DNA of 64,000 nucleotides from contig CAXHJY010000462.1 in NCBI GenBank assembly GCA_964016885.1, positions 164,963-228,962 of the forward strand. Direction: 5' to 3'. Under the pieces are notes generated by a model. The model was not told the origin of the DNA. It saw nothing but the letters and a program-made list of their open reading frames with translations, and did not search any database. Each line of letters begins with the position of its first letter. Position 1 is the stretch's first letter. Positions 28,772 to 40,189 of this stretch are shown in pieces. The stretch comes from Eledone cirrhosa. Its lineage: Eukaryota. A program made the translations under genes and the position numbers.

Positions 28772-29001
28772 TACCCCTCTGCCAGATAGTTGAACGTTCG
28801 AAAGTATATACTTTCCTTATGAAAATTAACGGCTGAGCAGCCTAATTTGCATATTGAGTGAGTTAAATCGGTCAGGCATACCGAAAACGATAAATTGAAA
28901 CAAAATGAAAACGAAATTTCATTTCTCACTCTTAGTATGGCACTTACTTTTCATAAGGAAAGTATATACTTTCGAACGTTCAACTATCTGGCAGATGGGT
29001 A

Positions 29002-29046
29002 AACGGTGCTGATGATAGCTAACAAGCTTGAAACTAGTACATCGTT
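29002..29046 (+). ncRNA. Minimal type I hammerhead ribozyme, unit 1
   Basis: aacggtg-CTGATGA-t-agct-aaca-agct-t-GAAA-ctag-T-A-catcgtt. 7-bp stem I, 4-bp stem II closed by U-U, palindromic ACUAGU stem III, GUA cleavage after 29039. Confidence 0.85.
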
Positions 29047-29467
29047 CCTGTGTCAGTGTTGAACAAAAAGGTGACGTGGTTGCCTTAACACCGTATGGCA
29101 TAAATTCAGGCTGTTCAGTTTGTTTACAAACGAACAAAGCGACGTTAGCGCCGCTAAACTGATACGTGCATATATGTATGTGTACCTGTATGCATATGTA
29201 TATATATATGTATATATATATATATATGTGCATGCTACTGTACGTCTGTATACATATATGTATGTACGTATACATGCATACTTACATTTAAGTAAGTGCC
29301 ATACTAAGAGTGAGAAATGAAATTTCGTTTTCATTTTGTTTCAATTTATCGTTTTCGGTATGCCTGACCGATTTAACTCACTCAATATGCAAATTAGGCT
29401 GCTCAGCCGTTAATTTTCATAAGGATAGTATATACTTTCGAACGTTCAACTATCTGGCAGATGGGTA

Positions 29468-29512
29468 AACGGTGCTGATGATAGCTAACAAGCTTGAAAC
29501 TAGTACATCGTT
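29468..29512 (+). ncRNA. Minimal type I hammerhead ribozyme, unit 2
   Basis: Identical to 29002-29046. Predicted cleavage after 29505. Confidence 0.85.
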
Positions 29513-29937
29513 CCTGTGTCAGTGTTGAACAAAAAGGTGACGTGGTTGCCTTAACACCGTATGGCATAAATTCAGGCTGTTCAGTTTGTTTACAAACGAA
29601 CAAAGCGACGTTAGCGCCGCTAAACTGATACGTGCATATATGTATGTGTACCTGTATGCATATGTATATATATATGTATATATATATATATATATATGTG
29701 CATGCTACTGTACGTCTGTATACATATATGTATGTACGTATACATGCATACTTACATTTAAGTAAGTGCCATACTAAGAGTGAGAAATGAAATTTCGTTT
29801 TCATTTTGTTTCAATTTATCGTTTTCGGTATGCCTGACCGATTTAACTCACTCAATATGCAAATTAGGCTGCTCAGCCGTTAATTTTCATAAGGAAAGTA
29901 TATACTTTCGAACGTTCAACTATCTGGCAGATGGGTA

Positions 29938-29982
29938 AACGGTGCTGATGATAGCTAACAAGCTTGAAACTAGTACATCGTT
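29938..29982 (+). ncRNA. Minimal type I hammerhead ribozyme, unit 3
   Basis: Identical to 29002-29046. Predicted cleavage after 29975. Confidence 0.85.
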
Positions 29983-30280
29983 CCTGTGTCATTGTTGAAC
30001 AAAAATGTGACGTGGTTGCCTTAACACCGTATGGCATAAATTCAGGCTGTTCAGTTTGTTTACAAACGAACAAAGCGACGTTAGCGCCGCTAAACTGATA
30101 CGTGCATATATGTATGTGTACCTGTATGCATATGTATATATATATGTATATATATATATATGTGCATGCTACTGTACGTCTGTATACATATATGTATGTA
30201 CGTATACATGCATACTTACATTTAAGTAAGTGCCATACTAAGAGTGAGAAATGAAATTTCGTTTTCATTTTGTTTCAATT

Positions 30281-30316
<36 letters not shown>

Positions 30317-30374
30317 TGTAATAAAATAAATACAGATTATCTATAGTAACTATCTTCTGTTTATTATTATTATT

Positions 30375-30755
30375 ATCGGTAGAGGGTCGGACACGATGCT
30401 TTGACACATAGAGTTACAGCCCTTGCCATTCTGAGTTCAAATCCCGCCGAGGTTAATTTGCCTTTCATCCTTACGGCGTCGATAAAATAAAGTAATTGCT
30501 GGGTAATTGCTGGCCTTGTGTCAAAGGTAGAAACAATTATTATTATTAAAGGGCGGTGGATTGGCAGTCTCGGTAGAGAGTCGGATACCATGCTTTGAAG
30601 CATAGAGTTACGTCCCTTTATGATCTGAGTTCAAATCCCGCCGAGGTTAACTTTGCCTTTCATCCTTATGGGGTTGATGAAATAAAGTACCAGTAATGTA
30701 CTGGTTAATTGCTGGCATTGTGCCAAAAATAGTAACAATTATTATTATTATTATT
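30375..30755 (+). mobile_element. Two tandem main-family SINEs (about 30375-30545 and 30549-30755)
   Basis: Two gagttcaaatcccgccgaggtta.tttgcctttcatcc cores, each ending in (TTA)n. Confidence 0.85.
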
Positions 30756-30990
30756 CTTTGAGTCTCAGTTTGTGCAAGTATGCCTTTTGAAGTGTTCCAA
30801 AAAAGGGGGTTGGCCTAATGTTCTTTAACCATCTTTGAAAACACTTTGAGATAGTGCTCCTATGACAATCGGGATGACCTCATGACAGTCCCAAGTCCTT
30901 TTTACCACGTTAAATCTTGGTATCGGTTGAATTTCTCCTTCTTTTCTTGCACTCTTGTGTGAAAGGGGCAAGCTACATCTACAATTATTA
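30755..30990 (-). mobile_element. Degenerate R4/Dong-like 3' fragment
   Basis: Aligns with 31920-32270, including the terminal ctcaaagaa(taa)n on the minus strand. Confidence 0.7.
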
Positions 30991-31002
30991 TTGTTATGCG
31001 CG

Positions 31003-31122
31003 GATCCCGCCGAGGTTAACTTTGCCTTTCATCCTTATGGGGTCGATAAAATAAAGTACCAGTAATGCATTGGTTAATTGCTGGCCTTGTGCCAAAAGTA
31101 GAAGCAATTATTATTATTATTA
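31003..31122 (+). mobile_element. 5'-truncated main-family SINE
   Basis: atcccgccgaggttaactttgcctttcatcc...gtagaagcaattatt. Confidence 0.8.
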
Positions 31123-31123
31123 T

Positions 31124-31837
31124 TTGAAAAATTAATCAGGGTATTGCCGAAGAGCTAAGTGCTCGCCTTCACCCCTTTCAAACGCTTCCACCACACTATT
31201 ACTTTCGCCATGGCCACAAGGCAGATAAACACTGCCTGCCACGTGGCTAAAGGAAGCCGGCGGGACAATCCTCATGATGGACTCAGCTGAGAGCCGAATC
31301 CGTCCTACACGCAACAGTAGATATTCGATATAAACCCACAAGTCAGCAATGCTCGGACACTGGACGAGTGCGTGCTGGACGGTTTTGTCGCCCTGGACAC
31401 GTTTAAAAGGGCTGAAGACGAGCATTTACCTCTTCGGTGATGCCCTGATTAACTTTTTCAAATTTCATTTGAAAAGGAAAATCAGGGTAGAAAGGGAAGT
31501 GCTCTCTTCCCAGCATTTTGTTGAAAGATGGGTGAGAGAGGCAACAATGGCCCGAGTGAATGGGCCTACTCTGAGTATGTGTCTGTAAATTAAAGGTGCA
31601 AAACTGGGAGAGGGCACTTGCCCTGGTGGTCAGGGTCACTGTGGCTTTTTACTGGGCTTTCTCCACGAATGTCCCTCGGAAGTCTCCCCCCTATTGGGGA
31701 AGTTTTTCATTGTTCTATTATTACATCCTCTGTTTCTTGTTTTTTACAGGCAGAAATGCCCATTTATACCGCCCTGTATTGTCCTGTACTCTCCTTAATG
31801 TCTACTTTATGTAGACCCTTGTGGTTAATAAAGAAAG

Positions 31838-31910
<73 letters not shown>

Positions 31911-31915
31911 GTTAT
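31124..31915. mobile_element. L1/Tx1-like LINE 3' end with an inverted upstream segment (31124-31401 minus, 31394-31915 plus, (TTA)n tail)
   Basis: Both parts align to 12810-13470, in opposite orientations. Confidence 0.85.
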
Positions 31916-31917
31916 TG

Positions 31918-32415
31918 TTCTTTGAGTCTTAGTCAGTGATGTTATTTAACTGGAAAGTTTGTTGAAATGAATATCAAGCCGCTACCTGTAGCCTCAGATA
32001 TTCAGGACGTATCGGAGGGTTCTTGCTGTTCCCAGCAAGCATGCCTTTTGAAGTGTTCCAAAAAGCGGGGCTGGAGTAACTTTCTTTAACCATCCTTGGA
32101 AACTCTTTGAGATAGAACCTAGTGCGCCTATGGCAATCGGGACGACTCTGACTTCATGGCAGTTCCAAATCCTTTTTACCTCCCACTTTAAGTCCTGGTA
32201 TCGGTTAATTTTCTCCCTCTCATCTTCTTGCACTCTCGTGTCAAATGGGCAGGCTACATCTACAATCAGGCACGATCTTTTTTTCCTTGTCCAAAACCAC
32301 CAGGTCAGGCCTATTGTGTTCCAGTTTCTTATCCGTCTGTATCCTAAAATCCAATAGCACCTTCACCTGATCGTTTTTTATCAGTGACTCTTGCTTATGC
32401 TCATACCACAATTGT
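31918..32415 (-). mobile_element. R4/Dong-like non-LTR 3' fragment (RLE domain) abutting (TAA)n
   Basis: WYEHKQES..VLLDFRIQTD..NRPDLVV..IVDVACPFD..EKINRYQDL..VVPIAIGALG...LGTARTLRYVL*. Confidence 0.85.
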
Positions 32416-33142
32416 TTCGTTGATCTGGTGAGTCTAGAGTTCGCTAATCGCTTGAGGTTGCGTCATTCGATCTCCAATACATTATTTACCTCTGGTCAAC
32501 ACATCAGAGTACGTAGATATGAAAGTAATTCACTCGAGGCAAGCCTTATATAGAAAAAAGCGTATAATCAAAACAATAACATAAATAATAAAACATATAT
32601 GGTAAATAGGTAAAGAAGTTACAGATGTAAAAAGTAAAAAGTAAAATATAAGATAGGGTACATTAAAAAATAGGAAAATGAGAAGATGGAAAGTATAAAT
32701 AAATAAATAAGTTAGAGCGTGTGAGTACATATTATGTTAGTAGTAGTTTTTAAGTAAGTGTTCTTATAAGGATTCGTTGGTGGGTTAAGTGCTAACATGT
32801 GAAACCAGATTCGAAATGTACATAGATACGTGTAGAGGGTCCGATGTAGTGACAGATAAAAGAAAAGACAATAAAATATAGATTAATTCGTGGATACATG
32901 TATGATATTTATGGGCTAGGGATGGCGGGACATTTGATAAACGTTTGTTGTAAATGTTTTCTGATTGTTCTATCATAATGGCGTTGATGCTCTTTCAGGG
33001 AGAGAGGGTGAAAGAAATGTTCAGAGATTTATGATCCAGTGACCAGTTGGCCGTTTAATAGCTAATAGCAGTGCGATGGTGTGTATTCTATATGTTAAAA
33101 TCTAGGTGGTTCAGTGCTAATTTTGGGATTGCTGGTTCAAAT

Positions 33143-33390
33143 CATGGTGGTTTGAAGTTTATGAATCTAGTACCTATTTTATGCCTACAGGAAATTGATC
33201 TTTCTATTTTGCTGTTAAGTAGCATCCCATCGTACCTTAAAATATGTAGTAGTTCTAAATTACAAAGCCCGCATTAGGACATTCCGTTGCTGTAAGCTTT
33301 TGCTACCGATAATTTTGACCAGCTAATCTTATATTCTAAGTTTTTGTCCTTAAGTTGCCAGATTTTATTGGCGAGCGTCTTAGAGTTTCC
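33143..33390 (-). pseudogene. Penelope-like GIY-YIG endonuclease C-terminal remnant
   Basis: TLANKIWQLKDKNLEYKISWS...AY, then CGLCNLELLHIL....LLNSKIE..ISCRHK, matching PLE C.LC..E...I...LN.R.E...CRH. Confidence 0.8.
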
Positions 33391-33616
33391 AGACCTCGGT
33401 TCTTCACGGCGTGTCTGTGGACGTACCAGCTTTTCTAGAACTCCCCAGCCGTGGAACCTATGTAGTGCCAGGTAGAGTTGCCAGAATTTACAGTACACAG
33501 GTATACCATACTCGAGTCCAGGCATCTATTCCGTAGTGGGCACTTATCCGGTAGGTGGCAATTACAATTTGAGGTTTTACTTTGGGCAACTTCATCGTTG
33601 TGGTTTTGTGTTATGT

Positions 33617-33797
<181 letters not shown>

Positions 33798-34000
33798 TAT
33801 ATATATAAAATAACAGGAAGCTAGACTGGTGTAATTTCAGTCCAGCCTCCTGTTGATTTATAATAATTAACTCCGTACTCGCACCACCAACTACACAAAC
33901 GAAGACGGGTGAGTTGCATTACGTTGAGTGCTCTCCATAATATTACATCGAGTTGACCATATGGAATGACCAGTTCTATCCAGTGGTAAACCAACAAACC

Positions 34001-34057
<57 letters not shown>

Positions 34058-34066
<9 letters not shown>

Positions 34067-34937
34067 AATGGCAATTTCTGTCTGTTTGTGTGTGTTTGTT
34101 TGTGGATTTGTTTGTGTGTTTGTTTGTGGACCTGAAACTCAAAAACTACCAGACCGATCTTGATGAAAGTTGCCACGCGTGTGGTTCTCATGTCTATTTG
34201 ATTTCTTACATATATTTTATTTTAATGAAAGGTTCTTCCGGGCGCTCAAACCCCTGTTGAAAACCCTCCTTGAAAATTTTCTCCCTTCCATTTATATGAA
34301 ATTTTAACCATAGGTAAAGGGCAAGATATGATGCTTATTCACAAAATTTCAGTAATATTAAGACACTCTAATGGGAGTTAAACCCCCTATCTATATACAT
34401 AAATGGCAATTTCTATCTGTTTGTGTGTTTGTTTGTTTGTGGATTTGTTTGTGAACCTAAAACTCAAAAACTACCAAACCGATCTTGATGAAACTTGACA
34501 CGTGTGTGGGGCTCATGCTCATTTCATTTCTTACGTACTTTGAAGTTCAAAAAAGTCGATAATTTCCAGTCTGCATCGCTTTTTTAAAAATGAATAGGAC
34601 ATTTGTATGCAAATGCTCATATGAATGTTATTTTCTGCCATAACTTTTATAGCTCTCAACCAATTCCCTTTAAACTTGAAACACAGATAGATTATGTGCT
34701 AAGGATGGCTTTTTGCTAAGGAGAATTATCCAGACCACTCGAGTAAAGCGTAAGCTGATTTTTTATTAACTGATGAGCGAAATTTGACTTCAGCTGTTGT
34801 GGGCTTAAAATATTCTCCATAAATCAACTTAATATTCTCTGCTTGCTGTAACATTTATGTTTGGTCTGAGAGGCATTGGGCATTTAATGGGAGCTGGGAA
34901 TACCCCCGCTCCCGGGTATTACCCGGTACCTCAGCTA
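34058..34937 (+). mobile_element. Non-autonomous Helitron-like element (34390-34937) preceded by a duplicated 5' portion (34058-34389)
   Basis: TC start (tctatatacataaatggc), (TTTG)n-like internal repeat and aaactacca.accgatcttgatgaaa motif. 3' GC hairpin ccgggtattacccgg is followed by ..cagCTA(T). Confidence 0.65.
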
Positions 34938-36416
34938 TATATATATATATACCTCAGCTATATATATATATATATATATAGCTGAGGTACCGGGTAATAC
35001 CCGGGAGCGGGGGTATTCCCAGCTCCCATTAAATGCCCAATGCCTCTCAGACCAAACATAAATGTTACAGCAAGCAGAGAATATTAAGTTGATTTATGGA
35101 GAATATTTTAAGCCCACAATATATATATATATATATAGTGCCACGTTAAAATACACACTACATACACCGTAGATCGTTTGTCGTTAGTATGATGGAGCCG
35201 CAATAATTACGTTTCAACATATATTTTGACCGACTGTTTATTCATCTTCCTCTCTCGATAACCTCAATCTTTCACTTGTTCCTTTATTCCGTGAATCATC
35301 GATTCCTTTATACTTTCAACCTGTCATTCTTTCCAACTATTTTACATACTTTTTCCGTTGATTTGATATTTGGATTTATGGATTCGATATAGAGTCATAA
35401 CAAATAATTTGCTGTATTCAGTAAAGTCCCTTTTCCTTCTGAGTTTAAACTCCCCCCAATGTCAGCGTTGTCTATCATGTTTGAGGTTCGATGAAGTAAA
35501 GTCCTGGGATCAATTCAATCAATGTTCGTCTCACCCCAAAACGTTGACCCCTGACTGAAATTAAAATATATAAATTATTCATTCTGTCGTGCACGTAGTA
35601 TGTCACAGGTGTTCGAAAGCCCAATTCGATATCATTAGTGCTTTGGTATAATTCCTCTTGATGAATTGTTGGACAAGGGGCGTGTACCATTGACCCGGGT
35701 CGACTTGAGGCTTGTGCAAGAAATTAGGTAGATAGAACTGTAGATAGAGTGTCGGGAAGACTGTACCAGTAATTGAAAAAGGCCACTTTTATCATACATT
35801 CTTTCACGCTGGAATTTCCTGAGAGATACAAAAAGCTTACAATTGTCTGTCGAAGTATCAGCAGCCACTTGCATGTTAATTTCACAAGCAGGCATTTCTG
35901 ACACACACCCAGAGATGGAGAGTTGAAATCGCGGAATAGATAAGGAAAGAGGGGAAAAGGATGGGAGAGAGAATTGAAGAAAGTAGAGTGAGAACGAGTA
36001 TAAGGACGCTGTAGAAGACTTTTGAAAAAATAGTTGGAGGGGTTGTAGGATCAAATTAAAATGATTAAAAGAAAATGGAAGGGGAAGGATACAAGGAAAA
36101 AGGAGAGGAGTCATGCAACAAAGTATATCATCTTTTAGTGGTGGGGGGAGGGGCTTAAAGTAAAGGGTTATGTTGGTAGTTACGATTTAACGCTTCCTTC
36201 CCCCATTTCTAATACAACACTATGATATTTAAATAATTTTGAAAATCATCAGGAATTTGGAGTGATTTAGTAACATAACTAACCCCCTCATGATTCAGTT
36301 GGGTTTGACATAAAATTATGATAGATTGCTTTTAGATAAACATTTTTATCCATTCATTACCATAAATATAACAGAGACACTGCCTTTGATTTTGAAATGA
36401 TTTTTCAAATAATCAA

Positions 36417-37057
36417 GATCATTAAGGAATTGGATATTGTAAATATTTTTCTCATTATTGAACTCATGTTTGGAACATAACTTAATTGTTCTTACTCTCT
36501 CCATATTATGGTGGACATGTTTTAGATAAATACAAACACTATAAAACAAGCATATTTATTGTAGAATCCAGTACCATATTAGGCGGTCTAGTGTCAACAG
36601 TGTTAGAGAATAATCGAGATCTCTACAGCAATTGTTGTCAAAATATTAAAAGTAGGTAGGAGGTAGATCTAACAATGAAGTAGCAAAGAAAGTCTCAACT
36701 ATTAAAATGATTTCTACTGTCACACATCCGAATAATCTAGATCATTAAGGAATTGAATATTAAATATTTTTCTCATCATTAAACGCATGTTTGGAACATA
36801 ACTTAATTGTTCTTACATAATATTATGGTGGACAGTTTTTAGATAAAACAAACATATTTATTGTAGAATCCAGTACCATATCAGGCGGTCTAGTGTCAAT
36901 AGTATTAGAGATAAAGCGAGATCTCTACAGCATTTGTTGTCAAAATAAGATTAAAAGTAGGTAGGGGTAGATCTAACAATGAAGTAGCAAACAAAGGCTC
37001 AACTATTCAAATGAATTCTACTCGCACACATCATAATCACAATTATCGGGATCATTA
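36417..37057. repeat. Diverged tandem duplication, about 320-bp unit, 2 copies
   Basis: gatcattaaggaattg at 36417 and 36741, with collinear internal sequence. Confidence 0.85.
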
Positions 37058-37059
37058 TC

Positions 37060-37350
37060 ATCTTGTGGCCTCGCTGGAAAGATACTCAACGATAGATATC
37101 TTCGTAGGTCTCTCACTCGTTGCATTATCTATGTTCTGAGCATCAATACTAGAGTCTGGATAGGAGAGCGTACCACCCTTTTGACAATAGACAGAGTTTG
37201 TTTCCACAGCATTAACTGACACAGCTTCATTTGGGGTGCTATAGCAATGGCTTGCAAACCTAACATTCCTCTTCCGCACTCTAAGAGAAAGACGAGAGAG
37301 TGTCTAAGCCGCTTATATTGCTTCCAGCTTATGTTTTGATCCCAACAAAG
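37060..37350 (-). mobile_element. Degenerate RTE-like LINE 3' fragment
   Basis: NISWKQ...R.RFASHCY..PNE.VS..L.W...L.YPD pattern, related to 46584-46922. Confidence 0.55.
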
Positions 37351-37632
37351 CAGTGAATGTTCTATCGAGTTGTTTTTGTTGTTTGACAGTAAGTGCCTAG
37401 GTTTACCTACCATAAAGTAGGATTTGTTATACTGCGATTTGGAAAAAATTGACTTTGGAGGTGTTTGATAGGCTGACGCCAGGGTTTTTTCTAGTGTTGA
37501 AATCTCCAAGAATATAGACACATCTATCCAGAGCATAACAGTTATACGCACACAAACACACACATACACACATACACACATACACACATACACACACATG
37601 CACACACACATGCACACACACACACACACACA

Positions 37633-37665
<33 letters not shown>

Positions 37666-37725
37666 GCGCGCGCACACAAACACACACACACGTACGTTTA
37701 TGTATATATATATATATATATATAT

Positions 37726-37783
<58 letters not shown>

Positions 37784-37886
37784 ATGTATATACATGCATA
37801 TATATTTGTGTGTGTGTAGACATATATATGTATATATACATGTAAATATATATATATGTGGATATATATATATGCATATATATGTG

Positions 37887-37929
<43 letters not shown>

Positions 37930-37936
<7 letters not shown>

Positions 37937-38191
37937 ATAAGAAACGGAGAATCAGTGGTACGACGAATTAACATTTATTAGACATATTACAATCGTTTCT
38001 CTGGTGACCAGCTCGAGGCACGATCGATGTGATGATTGATCCTGACTCTGAAATCGCAAGTTCCTCAGATACGTATCGATCATTCGAAGCAGAGTTTCTA
38101 AATGTATTAGACATATTACAAACTCTGTTAGTAATATTTATAATAAACTTTAATTCGTCGCACCACTGATTCTCCGTTTCTTATGTGATAT
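37930..38191. mobile_element. About 260-bp element with about 60-bp imperfect terminal inverted repeats and a degenerate HHR-like motif
   Basis: atatcacataagaaacggagaatcagtggt.cgacgaatta versus its reverse complement at 38151-38191. Minus strand acgtat-CTGAGGA...GAAA-cgattg-T-A-atatgt (37982-38074). Confidence 0.6.
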
Positions 38192-38264
38192 TATACTCGG
38201 CTCTGTAAGAGTATCGAGTGCTCAAGCGGCCTACTGCATACGGACGCTTTAAGCATCCCACACC

Positions 38265-38377
<113 letters not shown>

Positions 38378-38572
38378 CGTTTATGTAAGATCTGTGACTT
38401 GGTCGGTATGAGATGAGGCTACTAAGCCTATGTATACTTAAGAAAATACTATATATTTTCAACCGTTCTTGCAGGGATATACAGTCCTGATATATGTATA
38501 TATAAATATGTGTGTGTATATATGTGTGTTTGTGTGCATGTGCATACTTACATTTATATATATATAACAACA

Positions 38573-38689
<117 letters not shown>

Positions 38690-39604
38690 CTATAAAATAT
38701 GTCCATAGAATCATTTGCTAATATATATACACCCTTTCCTCTCCCAATTAGCATAATTAACCACACAAAAATTCAATTATACCAGGCTTTAAGATTAAAA
38801 GAAATAGTAGATAAATAGACGACAGCAATCTCTTCGCGGCCAACCGCCATAGAAATTTAGCCAACATTTCAACAGCATGTAGAAATCGATTAAATATACA
38901 GTCAACCATATAAAATTAAAGTTAGAAGAAATGCATATACACATACCAGGATTATGTTTCTACCCTCGGGTTTCGTTTGCATTTGGAAATATCCTATTAA
39001 GGATAAAATCTCGAGCTTCGAACTCATCAGGAAACAAACTCGTTAGGACAGATTATTTTCTTAAATGATCCACGTCAGAAACGAATTCAAAATGGCTAAT
39101 AATTGTGACGTGGCAGTGGTCAAGTCAGATATAATGTGATTGGTTGCTTACGGCGAGTGGGCTGGTTGCTAGAAAGCGCAGACCAATATTGCCCAAATTG
39201 CATCTAAACCTCATGGAAGATTATTAAATATAAAGATTTACATATACACAAACTAGACAAAGTCACAGATATATATATATGTGTTTTGGCAACCATTCAC
39301 GATGTGGCTCAATGATGAATTAATAAATTAAATAATCAGAGCAATATACTATAAAGTATGTCCATAGAATCATTTGATAATATATATACACCATTTCCTC
39401 TCCCAATTAGCATAATTATCCACACAAAAAATTAATTAGACCAGGCTATAAGATTAAAAGGCACCTATGAAGAAATAGTAGATAAATAAACGACAGCAAT
39501 CTCTTCGCGGCCAACCGCCATAGAACACAACATTTCAACAGCACGTGGAAATCGATTAAATATACCGTCAACCATACACAATTAGGTATAATTAGGTATA
39601 AAAT
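38690..39604 (-). mobile_element. HHR family B, about 1.4 head-to-tail units (period about 659 bp)
   Basis: gtccatagaatcatttg at 38701 and 39360. Homologous to 27118-27750. Confidence 0.8.
38955..39036 (-). ncRNA. Type I hammerhead ribozyme with a canonical core
   Basis: Minus strand tgtttc-CTGATGA-gttcg...caaac-GAAA-cccgaggg-T-A-gaaaca. Stem I is perfectly Watson-Crick. Confidence 0.8.
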
Positions 39605-39627
39605 GTCTTTGGATAAAAATAACAGGA

Positions 39628-39830
39628 CCTGTTATTTTTATCCAAAGACATTTTTTTCAGATTACAACCCACTCGTGCCTTCAATCTATTTTATTTCTCA
39701 TTCCTTCTTCTGATGAAGGACTAGCGTCTGAAACGTTAAGACGTTGTTCCTGCTATTTCAAGCGTTAACCTAATATATTCCTCACATATACTGTACCGAT
39801 TGTGTTGTTATTTCAGTTTACCTTTTACAC
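39628..39830 (+). mobile_element. Family C element with a minimal HHR at 39706-39741
   Basis: tctt-CTGATGA-aggactagcgtct-GAAA-cg-T-T-aaga. Homologous to 575-765. Confidence 0.7.
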
Positions 39831-39906
39831 ACAAACACACATATATACATACACACACGCACTCACAAACACACACACAGATATATATATATATACACAA
39901 ACACAA

Positions 39907-39937
<31 letters not shown>

Positions 39938-39944
39938 TATATAT

Positions 39945-39979
<35 letters not shown>

Positions 39980-40189
39980 TTTATTTATTAAAATAACAGA
40001 TTAAAGTTTAAGCAAAGAATCGCTGCTTTCACCCTTAACGGGATCTTCTGAAACTAAAAGAGTCAATCTGTGAACGGCGGTTTTTTGCTAGCATAAGTAG
40101 TGTGGGTATTGGTTTTATAAGCAAATATACATGATTATAGACATATGTAATTTGAAAGTAAATTGGCAATATCTTCTTCGCCCACTTAT

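Larger units (their letters stand above)
28483..30280. mobile_element. Retrozyme-like array (family A): one inverted 467-bp monomer (28483-28949) plus about 2.85 direct tandem units of 466-470 bp, bounded by (TA)n
   Basis: Near-identical units start at about 28948, 29414 and 29884. The reverse-complement unit lies upstream. One HHR per unit and no coding capacity. Confidence 0.9.

Noticed and set aside
28948-30280. CRISPR-like or coding interpretation of the tandem array (repeated 118-133-aa ORFs)
   Set aside because: Eukaryotic context and no unique spacers. The ORFs cross a variable-length TA tract that shifts frame between units.
32400-32515. Possible HHR on the minus strand (CUGAUGU-guuga...ucaac-GAAA-caauug-U) downstream of the Penelope EN remnant
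   Set aside because: A9 is altered, there is no valid cleavage nucleotide, and the 3' half overlaps the Dong-like WYEH coding sequence. It may be coincidental.
35635-35910. Possible GIY-YIG remnant (SSIYLISC) on the minus strand, and a possible RT remnant at 19050-19430
   Set aside because: Only single short motifs are recognisable, too weak to call.
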